The position numbers and the translations under genes are program-made. Positions 9,468 to 17,829 of a stretch of DNA of 64,000 nucleotides are shown one piece after another. Origin of the DNA: Lachnospiraceae bacterium (GTDB lineage Bacteria; Bacillota; Clostridia; Lachnospirales; Lachnospiraceae). A model generated the notes under the pieces. That model was given only the letters and a program-made list of their open reading frames with translations. It did not search any database and was not told where the DNA came from. The stretch is taken from positions 1,180 through 65,179 of the forward strand of contig JAFXQK010000005.1 of the NCBI GenBank assembly GCA_017527205.1. Direction: 5' to 3'. Within the stretch, counting starts at the first letter, position 1. Each line of letters begins with the position of its first letter.

Positions 9468-10823
9468 TCAATTGGAGAAAACGGTTGCGGACTCGATAGA
9501 AGTTTGCGGGACCGCGATTGGGAAGGATAGGGTTACGATGTAATTGCCATGTTGCGTTTTCATTTTGGCCTGTCCGCTCATTTTCTGCATCATTCTTACC
9601 ATATTATGATTGCCGATCCGCGTGCCCTGAATTTCATGCTCCGTATCATGCTTCACCCGATTTGCCACCTGTAGCGTAAAAAAGTCTTGTGAGAGCTGAC
9701 AGGAGAGCAAAACAGGGTGATTTTTATCTGCATATTTTTCAATGTTGGAGACAAGGTTATTGATGATGCGTCCTAGGAAATCGGTATTGATTTGGAGCTG
9801 CGCTTTGGACCAGATGAGCCTGTCACAATCCATGGTAAAGCCACTGGTGGTGAGCTCAGAGCAGAGTCTTGACAGATGATCGCTGAGGAGGTATTCGGCG
9901 TTGGCTGGGGCTTCCAAAACGCAGGGCAACTCTTCATTTGAAAGGAAAAAATCAAAGAGTTTATCGGACAGATCACGGATTTGTGAGGTCTTGCTGATCA
10001 CCTTGTCGACATACTGGGGCAGGGGACCGGTGACCTTTACGGCTTCCCGGCGGCAGAGCTCTAGGAAGCCAAGGAGGCCCGTCAGCGGCGTACGAAGGTC
10101 ATGTGCCATGCCAAGAACCAAGGCTTCCTGCTCCTGCCGCTGTGTCCGTCGCTTTGTCTCACTTTCAAAAAGGGCGTTACGCAGCTGATTCAAGGCATCG
10201 GAGAGGTCTGAAAGCTCATCATTGCCCTTCTTTGTGAAGCATGTCTTCAGCTCTCCTTGTTGCATCAGTAGTACCTCCTTGTGTAAAAGGCGCAGGTATC
10301 TGACCTTAGAACTTGTCAGCACCAAGAGAAATAGTGCCCAGAGGAAGGCGCTAATGTCAGCGGAAATCATGATGGCGAGCAGATAGTAGTTTTTCTGAAA
10401 ATTCTTGTGGATATAGACATCTGCCACGCCATCAGCAAAGTTCACCTGATAAAAGAATTGCCAGGTTTTGTAGGATTGCAGGGAATCCGTCTCGGCAAGT
10501 GGAGCATTTCCTGTATAGGAGTTGTCATAAAATAAGACCTTGTTTCGAATCACGGAGAAAATGGTGATGTCATTCTCATTGGCCCAGGTTCGAAGCGCCC
10601 AGGAATCCGTGGCAGGAATCTGGTTTTCGTCCACATATTCCTGTAAGGAGGTCATGGCTTCACGCTCCTTGTCGATAACGAAGGAGGAGGTGGTGAAGTA
10701 ATCATCCAGTAGCTTTCTTGAAATGGAATAGAGGAGAAGAAAGCTCGCAAGGGCAAAGAGCATGCCGATAAAGAATGCGATCAGGAGTTTTGCTTGTAAG
10801 GAAATTCTATTTGTTTTATACAT
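9468..10823 (-). CDS. HAMP-domain sensor histidine kinase
   Basis: Two TM segments, HAMP (GNDELSDLSDALNQL), H-box GMAHDLRTPLT, N-box NNLVSNIEKYAD. Start placed at MYKTNRI. Confidence 0.9.
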   Translation of the reverse strand: MYKTNRISLQAKLLIAFFIGMLFALASFLLLYSISRKLLDDYFTTSSFVIDKEREAMTSLQEYVDENQIPATDSWALRTWANENDITIFSVIRNKVLFYDNSYTGNAPLAETDSLQSYKTWQFFYQVNFADGVADVYIHKNFQKNYYLLAIMISADISAFLWALFLLVLTSSKVRYLRLLHKEVLLMQQGELKTCFTKKGNDELSDLSDALNQLRNALFESETKRRTQRQEQEALVLGMAHDLRTPLTGLLGFLELCRREAVKVTGPLPQYVDKVISKTSQIRDLSDKLFDFFLSNEELPCVLEAPANAEYLLSDHLSRLCSELTTSGFTMDCDRLIWSKAQLQINTDFLGRIINNLVSNIEKYADKNHPVLLSCQLSQDFFTLQVANRVKHDTEHEIQGTRIGNHNMVRMMQKMSGQAKMKTQHGNYIVTLSFPIAVPQTSIESATVFSN

Positions 10824-11538
10824 TTCCGAATCGATATCCTTTCCCCCACACGGTGAGAATGTATTTAGGTGACTGCGGATCTGGCTCGATCTTTGCCCGC
10901 AGATTTCGAATATGAACCATGACGGAATTGGAATAGCTGTTTCTATAGGGCTCCTTCCATATGCTTTCGTAAATGTCTGGGATACTGAATACACGTGTCG
11001 GATATTGCATGAGAAGAAGCAGGATTTCGTACTCCGTCTCCGTTAAGTTGACTATGGATCCTTTGATGGTCACTTGATTGATTTGACTGTGCACGCGCAG
11101 GTCCTCAAAGGAAAGCCAATCCTCCGTTGCAGAGGCAGAAGGAAGCTGGGCATTATAAGCATTGCTGCGACGAAGCAAGGCCTTTACTCTGGCAGAGAGC
11201 TCGGAGAAGGAAAAGGGCTTTACCAAATAATCATCGCCACCGGCGTGAAATCCAAGCAGCTTGTCATTCTCCTTAGATTTCGCCGTCAGAAAGAGGATGG
11301 GAACATAGGAAAAGCGACGAATCTCCTCGCAGGTCTCATAGCCTGACTTTCCAGGCATCATGACATCAAGAATGATGAGGTTCGTCGATGCCGTAACTCT
11401 TTTGGTTCCTTCCTCGCCGCAGGAGGCCTCCGTGACATGATAGCCTTCTTCCTCTAACAGAATGCGAACGGCAGCGCGAATGTCTGCATCATCCTCAATG
11501 ATCAGTATTTCCATTTGTTTTTCTCTTTGCTCTGACAT
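10816..11538 (-). CDS. OmpR family response regulator
   Basis: ILIIEDD, IILDVMMPG, FLTAKS, GGDDYLVKPFS, NSVMVHIRNLRAKIE, TVWGKGY. Confidence 0.93.
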   Translation of the reverse strand: MSEQREKQMEILIIEDDADIRAAVRILLEEEGYHVTEASCGEEGTKRVTASTNLIILDVMMPGKSGYETCEEIRRFSYVPILFLTAKSKENDKLLGFHAGGDDYLVKPFSFSELSARVKALLRRSNAYNAQLPSASATEDWLSFEDLRVHSQINQVTIKGSIVNLTETEYEILLLLMQYPTRVFSIPDIYESIWKEPYRNSYSNSVMVHIRNLRAKIEPDPQSPKYILTVWGKGYRFGNV

Positions 11539-11745
11539 ATCGTAAATCTCTCCCTCATCAGATCCTTCACGGCAAGTATGCAATGCCGCTGATTTATACT
11601 CATCTTATCATGTTTTTGGAGGATTGGGTTGAAATTAAGAAATCTTCACAATTTTTTTGTGGAAACCAAAGGGCTAGGTAGTAAAATGAAGATAGAGAAA
11701 TTATAAAAAATGGATTTATATAGAATATTTGGGGAGGAATGCAAG

Positions 11746-14094
11746 ATGAAGCAAAGAAACCTAGGGATTCTTCGTTTCCTTTTGATGATAGGGATGTTTT
11801 GTCTCATGACGAGCTGTGGTACAAAGGAGGGGACGGGACAGGAGAGCGCCGATATGGGTGCGGTCCCCGGTGCGAAGAAAGAGGATGCACCGCTCTACGA
11901 CAGAACGACGACGCAGTATCAGCTCGCGGAGGATGCCAACCCATATAGGATGGAATTTGGGTCAGAGGGATTCTTTTATTTTGTCATGGGTGCAAGCGAA
12001 GATGGAGAAATCTTACAAGATGGCGAAGAAGGATTGACTTCGAAGGCTGTTACTGGAGGCAATGCGAAGAATTCAAGGAACAACCCGGAGGGCATAGAAG
12101 ATGATGAGGCGGAGCTGGCCTTGGCGTATCAATTTTATTATCAAGGCTATGACGGTAAGGAAGCGATACCATTTTGTGCGGTGCAGGATGGGTATGTGCG
12201 GGATTTTTCCTGTGTGACGCGGGAAGGGGAAATGGTGCTTTCTATCTTAGTGGCTGGCGATACCGCATGCATTATGGAGTTTGATAAAAATGGAAAGCCT
12301 TGCGGGGAGATTTCCTTGGACGATCGCTTTGGACAGATGGAAGCGCAGGAACAGCTCCTGGCGCTGCCGGAGGGCTATGTGATCGCCGTGGGTGACCAGG
12401 TAAGCTTTCTGGACGCAGCGGGTAAGGTTTCGGCAGAGGCGAAGCTGGAGGGACAGGTGCAGGAATTGTATGCATCGTCGCAGAGGATGTTTGCCACCGT
12501 CTATCGCAATCCGAATGCGGGCGGGGGAAGCCTGCTGGTGAAGCTGGATGATAAGAAAGCAAAGGCGGAAACGCTGCGCAAACTCCCACAGGACGTGATG
12601 AAGGTGTTTGCGCTGGAGGATGGATTTGCCGCCGTTTATCATGACAGGATTACTTTATTTCAAGCAGGGAAGGAAGCAGAGGAGGCCATCGTCGATCTTG
12701 ATCGTCAGGAGCTGATGGCGTCCCAAATCCAATCTTTTCATGGTGAGAACGGAGAAATCGATCTTATCTCCTTGGATCCCTATGATCAGGAGCACAAGGC
12801 ATATCGATATCATTTAAAGGTTCATGAGGAGACCGATGATTCTCAAGCGAATGCGTCAGACAAGAATGCGCTTACCGTAAAGGAACGCGAAAAGTTTGCA
12901 GCTGACGGCAGGCGAATCGTTTATGTTGCGATTCCCAAAAACTGTGCGTATTCCGTGGAGTTTCATGCGAAGAAATATAACCAGGCAAGCGATCAGGTGA
13001 TGATCAAGGTCGAACGAATTAGCGAGAGCATAGAGGATTATCTGGGGAAGGGAAATCGGCCGGACATTGTCATGTTTCAGGATCAAACGGATCTGCCAAA
13101 TTTTGTGCAAAAGAATCTCTTGGCCGATCTTTTGCAGCTATGTGAACAGCAGGATGCCTACTCGCTGGATGACGTCATTCCAAAGGCTAAGGAGTGTCTT
13201 GGCATCAGTGGGGACGAAGGGATGTATGCAATGGCGGGGCGGTTTCGATTGCTGCTCTATCCCTCGGACGGGACGGAGGTTGCTGCAGATGGACGGTGCG
13301 ATGCCGTGCAATATCTCAAGTGGTATGACAATTATCTGACGGAGCAGGAGCTGGAGGGCTTCGGGCAGTTGGAAAACCTTTTGTATGATGTGGTTCTATC
13401 CTTCTATGATGAGGAGACGGCACGGGCCGATTTTACTTCAGAAGCGTTTGAGGAACTTCTAAAAACCTACCTAGAGGTGAGAAGTCATCACAAGGGAGAA
13501 TGGAAGAAGGGCTATACGTCGGATGAAATTGCTAGAGGACCGTTTTGGTATGCAAGCTATCGAAGTACGGCCATGGCAAAGACGGGCGCAAGGCTACAAG
13601 GCTTGCCAGACCCCTATGGGCAGCGCCGTGTCATCATCAGGTTTTATTATCCCATGAGTATTCTTGCAACGTCGGACTGTCAAGCAGAAAGCTTCGATTT
13701 CCTCATGTATTACAATTCCCTTGGGGAGCTGTTGCAGGTTGGATGGCCCGAATCGGATTATGGGAAGAGCAGCAGTACGGAAGCGATCTTTTCCGTATAT
13801 CAGCATTTGCTGGATGAGTATATTTTCGCGTGGGACGACGTATTTATGAGTTTTGGAGCGCTGGATGCAAACGGCATGCCAACCGACGTGAAATTGTATT
13901 ATCTGCCGGAGGAGCAAAAGGATCAGCTCCGATTCCTGATCGACTCAGCGATCCCTGAGACGAAGACGCAACGCGTGATCTATGAGATGCTCATGGAGGA
14001 AGCAGAAGGCTATTTTAGCGGTGACAAGGATCTCGAAAGCGTCTGCAAAATCCTTCAAAACCGCGCAGAACTCTACCTAAAAGAACAAAGGTAA
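11746..14094 (+). CDS. Large lipoprotein with C-terminal extracellular solute-binding-like region
   Basis: RBS GGGGAGGA, lipobox LMTSC; beta-rich N-terminal half; C-terminal PDIVMF...LLADL and C-end GDKDLESVCKILQNRAELYLKE resembling family-1 SBPs. Confidence 0.65.
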   Translation: MKQRNLGILRFLLMIGMFCLMTSCGTKEGTGQESADMGAVPGAKKEDAPLYDRTTTQYQLAEDANPYRMEFGSEGFFYFVMGASEDGEILQDGEEGLTSKAVTGGNAKNSRNNPEGIEDDEAELALAYQFYYQGYDGKEAIPFCAVQDGYVRDFSCVTREGEMVLSILVAGDTACIMEFDKNGKPCGEISLDDRFGQMEAQEQLLALPEGYVIAVGDQVSFLDAAGKVSAEAKLEGQVQELYASSQRMFATVYRNPNAGGGSLLVKLDDKKAKAETLRKLPQDVMKVFALEDGFAAVYHDRITLFQAGKEAEEAIVDLDRQELMASQIQSFHGENGEIDLISLDPYDQEHKAYRYHLKVHEETDDSQANASDKNALTVKEREKFAADGRRIVYVAIPKNCAYSVEFHAKKYNQASDQVMIKVERISESIEDYLGKGNRPDIVMFQDQTDLPNFVQKNLLADLLQLCEQQDAYSLDDVIPKAKECLGISGDEGMYAMAGRFRLLLYPSDGTEVAADGRCDAVQYLKWYDNYLTEQELEGFGQLENLLYDVVLSFYDEETARADFTSEAFEELLKTYLEVRSHHKGEWKKGYTSDEIARGPFWYASYRSTAMAKTGARLQGLPDPYGQRRVIIRFYYPMSILATSDCQAESFDFLMYYNSLGELLQVGWPESDYGKSSSTEAIFSVYQHLLDEYIFAWDDVFMSFGALDANGMPTDVKLYYLPEEQKDQLRFLIDSAIPETKTQRVIYEMLMEEAEGYFSGDKDLESVCKILQNRAELYLKEQR

Positions 14095-14169
14095 GTGTAA
14101 GGTTATTAAGTAAAATTTTCCGCTTTCTCGAGGGGAAGGTTTGGATTGTAATGTATACCAGCAGTTGCA

Positions 14170-14198
14170 TTGACTTATGAGGAGCTGACGGTTATAAT
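14170..14198 (+). promoter_or_regulatory. sigma70/sigmaA promoter
   Basis: TTGACT (14170-14175), 17-bp spacer, TATAAT (14193-14198); predicted TSS near 14205. Confidence 0.85.
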
Positions 14199-14204
14199 AA
14201 TACT

Positions 14205-14330
14205 TGGTTGGCAGCTAGTCAGATTTACTTCTTGGTCACGGAAGATGTCGCGGGTTCGATTCCCGCCAGTCTCGAAAGAGGCTGTAGCTCAGTGGGTAGA
14301 GCACTTCAGCAATCTGACAATTTCGCCGCT
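14205..14330 (+). ncRNA. Circularly permuted tRNA-like RNA (Y RNA/YrlA-like topology), unit 1
   Basis: T arm GCGGG-TTCGATT-CCCGC (14250-14266); 7-bp acceptor-like stem CAGTCTC/GAGGCTG closed by GAAA (14267-14284); TA; D arm GCTC-AGTGGGTA-GAGC (14287-14302); CTTC/GAAG anticodon-stem equivalent; enclosed by GTCAGATT/AATCTGAC (14218-14225/14311-14318). Confidence 0.8.
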
Positions 14331-14334
14331 TTTT

Positions 14335-14393
14335 GCCTGCAGCTAGCAATGCTTACTTCTCGCCTATGGATTATGTGTTGCAATATCGCGGGC
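14335..14393 (+). ncRNA. Second structured RNA unit sharing an internal-loop motif with unit 1
   Basis: GCCTGC/GCGGGC outer stem, AGCTA/AATATC internal loop, GCAATGC/GTGTTGC inner stem, then TACTTCT; unit 1 has the same arrangement. Confidence 0.65.
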
Positions 14394-14409
14394 ATCATAA
14401 GGAGATGCA

Positions 14410-16530
14410 ATGAAGAAGATTTTTAAGGAGTATTTGTTTCAAAAGCATATGTTTGTATGCGAAAATGCCGAAGCAGGCCTTGCGGTAAACGAAGAGCCTC
14501 ATGTATTTGAGACATTGTTTTCCCTGGCAAACCTGTTTGGCATTAGCATCACTGAGGGCAAGGAGCTTGCGCAAAAGGGGATGATCGAATTCGCGTCGGA
14601 GATGCTCGGAAAGGACGTTCCGTCGCCTTTTTATCAGGGCTTTCCTGAAAGCGTAAGGAAGCTTTCCGCGGATCAGCTGCTGTTTGATCAGCTGGTGCAT
14701 TACACGGTCACCTACGGCTTTGGACATTTTTCTGAGCCAGGGCATTCCCTGTTCGAGGAAACCTTTGAGCGCATGGCGTTCAAAGAAAATGTCGAGGTCA
14801 AGGAGTTTGTGATCGTGGAGGAGGCAGCGGCAGTCAAGCTGCTCGCGGAGTATGTTGAGAATTTACTCGCCTCCAGCAGACCGCTAAGCGATGCGCAGTT
14901 TGCCATGATTTGCGATTATATTCAGACCTATCGCTATAAGGTGCAGCAGTGCGCTTCGAAAAACACGCTGGTTCGCCTGATGGTGGCACTTCGCGACCTG
15001 CGTTTTGCAAGATTTTTGGATCTGTCTGACGCCATTAAGGTGCTTGATGAGATTAACTTTGTCTGCTATGGGAATGAGAACCTGAAAAAGCTGAACCTGC
15101 GAAATCGGGATAGAAAGTTTTTGACGAGCGTCATAGACGAGCTGTTTGCCATTTCTCACGTGGACGTTATCACCTGTTATGAGAAAAAGGATGTTTGGTG
15201 TGGCCTTTTGCATCATTTACATTATCAGCCGAAGTGCGACAGGGCGCGGGAGTTCCTCGCAGACATGCGCGGGCAGGGCAACAAGTCCGTCTATGCATCC
15301 TTTGAGAGACTGATGAACGCAGGAAACATCCGCGGCGCCGTTACAACGCTGAAGGAGGGTAAGGGTTCCGGTGCCCTGCTCCGTAATCTGGACTATATTA
15401 TTAGCCGAATTGAGGAGCCAGAGGATCTGAATTTTGTCCTGCAACATCTGGAGACGAAGAATAACGTGATGCTGATGCAGCTGCTTTTGCATTATGTAGG
15501 AGAGCGCAATGGTGAAGGGCACGGAAGAGCCTTCCGCTTTGTGCGCCATAATACCATGCGCGTGCATGCGGAGCTGCCGAAGGAGGTAAAGCGGAGAAAG
15601 TCCGTGATTTCCCATGGGCAGTCAGCGGTGGTTGCCCGCTTTGTGGAGGAAAACCTTCGGAAGAACCTTCGCGGAAGGCTTGGAAAGGTCTACGTCAGCG
15701 AGGATATGAAGAAGATTGCGCTGCCTCTGCAGGAGGCGACGGCGCAGGGCGGCATTGGCGTCCTTGCCAAGGGCAGCAGGCTTGCGATCCCTGCGGGAAA
15801 GAAGCTTCGTGCCTTCACTTATTGGGAGAAGGTAGATGACATCGACTTGTCCGTCATTGGCATGGATGAGGAAGGCTTACAGACAGAATTCTCCTGGAGA
15901 ACCATGGCAACGAATCAGTCCGGGGCGATCACCTATTCCGGTGATGAAACCAGCGGATATAACGGTGGTTCCGAATATTTTGACATTGATCTGGAGAAGT
16001 TCCATGAGCTGTATCCTGCCATCAAAAAGCTCATTTTCTGCGATAACGTTTTTACGGGCGTGAACTTTGAAAACTGTTTTTGCACGGCGGGCTTCATGAT
16101 GCGTGACCTTCTGGACTCTGGCGAGATCTATGAGCCGAAAACCGTGGAGTCAGCCTTTCGCGTCAATTGCCCCAGCATGTTTGCCTATCTGTTTGGCATC
16201 GATTTGGAGAAGCGTGAGTTTGTCTGGCTGAACCTTAACAGGGATGCACACGTCACGGTTGCAGGAACGACGAGCCTTGCCTTTTTGTTAGATTACTTTG
16301 ACGTCACGGAGAAGATGAATGTTTACCGTTTCTTTGAGTGGATGGCAACGGAGCTGGTAACGGATCCGGCGCAGGCTGATGTCATTGTGTCTGACCGCAG
16401 GGAGGTATGGGAGCAGGCGAATGCGATAACGGCAGACGATCAGAAGTCTGGAGATATAGAGCAGAGTGAAAAGGAATGGATTCGAAGCTTCGATTTTGAA
16501 AAATTTTTGGCACTTATGAATCAAAAATAA
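14410..16530 (+). CDS. Helical (ROT/TROVE-like) protein with C-terminal TerD-like domain
   Basis: N-terminal PFYQGFPESV...LLFDQLVHY motif; helical middle (GALLRNLDYI); C-terminal TerD-like AFTYW...DIDLS...YSGDETSG...SEYFDIDL...GEIYEPKTV. No RING CxxC cluster is visible. RBS AAGGAG. Confidence 0.7.
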   Translation: MKKIFKEYLFQKHMFVCENAEAGLAVNEEPHVFETLFSLANLFGISITEGKELAQKGMIEFASEMLGKDVPSPFYQGFPESVRKLSADQLLFDQLVHYTVTYGFGHFSEPGHSLFEETFERMAFKENVEVKEFVIVEEAAAVKLLAEYVENLLASSRPLSDAQFAMICDYIQTYRYKVQQCASKNTLVRLMVALRDLRFARFLDLSDAIKVLDEINFVCYGNENLKKLNLRNRDRKFLTSVIDELFAISHVDVITCYEKKDVWCGLLHHLHYQPKCDRAREFLADMRGQGNKSVYASFERLMNAGNIRGAVTTLKEGKGSGALLRNLDYIISRIEEPEDLNFVLQHLETKNNVMLMQLLLHYVGERNGEGHGRAFRFVRHNTMRVHAELPKEVKRRKSVISHGQSAVVARFVEENLRKNLRGRLGKVYVSEDMKKIALPLQEATAQGGIGVLAKGSRLAIPAGKKLRAFTYWEKVDDIDLSVIGMDEEGLQTEFSWRTMATNQSGAITYSGDETSGYNGGSEYFDIDLEKFHELYPAIKKLIFCDNVFTGVNFENCFCTAGFMMRDLLDSGEIYEPKTVESAFRVNCPSMFAYLFGIDLEKREFVWLNLNRDAHVTVAGTTSLAFLLDYFDVTEKMNVYRFFEWMATELVTDPAQADVIVSDRREVWEQANAITADDQKSGDIEQSEKEWIRSFDFEKFLALMNQK

Positions 16531-16549
16531 TTTTGGGGACATACTAAGA

Positions 16550-16594
16550 AAAAGCACCCATGGCAATAGGAGGACCTACTGTCATGGGTGTTTT
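16550..16594. terminator. Bidirectional intrinsic terminator between the TerD-like gene and holA
   Basis: AAAAGCACCCATGGCA...TGTCATGGGTGTTTT hairpin with A and T tracts on either side, between convergent genes. Confidence 0.75.
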
Positions 16595-16597
16595 GCG

Positions 16598-17587
16598 TTA
16601 CGCGTTTCCTTGACTGGAGATGATGAGCTCCACGGCCATTTTATCATTGATGAGGCCTGATTTGACGTCCTGGTCGGCCTGTACGCATTGCTCTAAGGCC
16701 CTGCGAAGATCAGAGGATTTTTGCTGCCCGGCCTGAGAAAGGTATTTTCCGACAACAAAGGGGGGAACCCCGATCTTTGAGGCAATCTCCCGATCGGGCA
16801 CGCCTCTTTTTTTGAGCTCCTTTGCCTGATAGGTGAGATTGTACTGTCTGGAGAGCATGGCAAGAATCTGCAGGGGCTGAACCTTAAGCGCCAGAAGGTC
16901 ATAATAGAGCTCCAGCGCTTTCGTGGTCTGGCGCCTCGTAACGGCCTCCACCATGTCAAAGATGCGATCCTGCAGTCTTGTGGTGCAGATGGCCTCGACG
17001 TCCGCGCTTGTCACGACGTCCTTGTCCATGCAGTAGCAGATCAGCTTTTCTAACTCTGACTGAATGTTTTCCATGTCCGTTCCCGTCTTGGAAAGAAAAA
17101 GCATGACGGTGGCTTCCGTTACTTTTTTGCCCTCCCTGGCAAGCAGGGAGGCAACCCAGCGCTTTAGCGTATTGTCATCCTGCGTCGTAAATTCAACGGC
17201 GCAGCCCTTGGCGGATACGGTCTTAAACAGCTTGCTTCGTTTGTCGACCTCACTCTCCGTAAAGACAAAAAAGGTTGTGTCGTTTGGCGCGGCCAGATAG
17301 TCCGCCATCTGCTCCCCGCCGGACTTAAACAGCCCGCTGTCCGAGAGAAAGATCACGCGGCGATCAGCCAGAAACGGCATGGTCTCCGCAAGGTCAATGA
17401 TCTGCGCGACGGAAATGTCCTTCCCCTCAAAAAAATGCACGTTCATTTCATCATCGCCTGCAAGGGCCTTTCGAAGCTTGTCCGTATATTGTTTTTTTAA
17501 ATACCGTTCTTCCCCGTAGAGCAGATAGACGTTGGCAAATCGGTTTTCCTTGATGGCGCTGAGAATGCGTTGCATGGGTATTTCCAT
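16598..17587 (-). CDS. holA: DNA polymerase III subunit delta
   Basis: VYLLYGEERYL, AETMPFLADRRVI, VDKRSKLFK, ELEKLICY, IFDMVEAV. Confidence 0.92.
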   Translation of the reverse strand: MEIPMQRILSAIKENRFANVYLLYGEERYLKKQYTDKLRKALAGDDEMNVHFFEGKDISVAQIIDLAETMPFLADRRVIFLSDSGLFKSGGEQMADYLAAPNDTTFFVFTESEVDKRSKLFKTVSAKGCAVEFTTQDDNTLKRWVASLLAREGKKVTEATVMLFLSKTGTDMENIQSELEKLICYCMDKDVVTSADVEAICTTRLQDRIFDMVEAVTRRQTTKALELYYDLLALKVQPLQILAMLSRQYNLTYQAKELKKRGVPDREIASKIGVPPFVVGKYLSQAGQQKSSDLRRALEQCVQADQDVKSGLINDKMAVELIISSQGNA

Positions 17588-17662
17588 TCCTTTCGAGCTT
17601 CCCTGACGGGACGTTTCCTATGATTAGTATACCCGAAACAGGGCATTTTGGAAAGACGCAAA

Positions 17663-17698
17663 GCATAGAAATTAGTATAGAAATTAGCATAGAAATTT
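17663..17698. repeat. Three tandem 12-bp direct repeats in the holA/mscL divergent promoter region
   Basis: GCATAGAAATTA GTATAGAAATTA GCATAGAAATTT. Confidence 0.8.
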
Positions 17699-17829
17699 AC
17701 GTGCTTTTTCCAATAAAAATATTGAGGAAGGACGCAGTTTGTGATATGATGGACAGGAGGTGTGGGAGATTCCCAGACATTGTGTTTAACCATTCAAAAA
17801 CATAGGAATGAAAAGGGAGGAGTACGAAA

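Noticed and set aside
14127-14139. Fourth copy of the bulged palindrome family
   Set aside because: Only one 13-nt arm matches and no partner arm is nearby; at most a remnant.
14227-14307. Ordinary tRNA gene or two adjacent tRNA fragments
   Set aside because: The T arm precedes the D arm, the acceptor strands are covalently joined by GAAA, there is no CCA and position 33 would be G; it cannot be a standard linear tRNA gene.
14208-14426. 72-aa ORF over the structured leader
   Set aside because: TTG start right at the predicted TSS, no RBS, and the sequence is fully explained by RNA structure.
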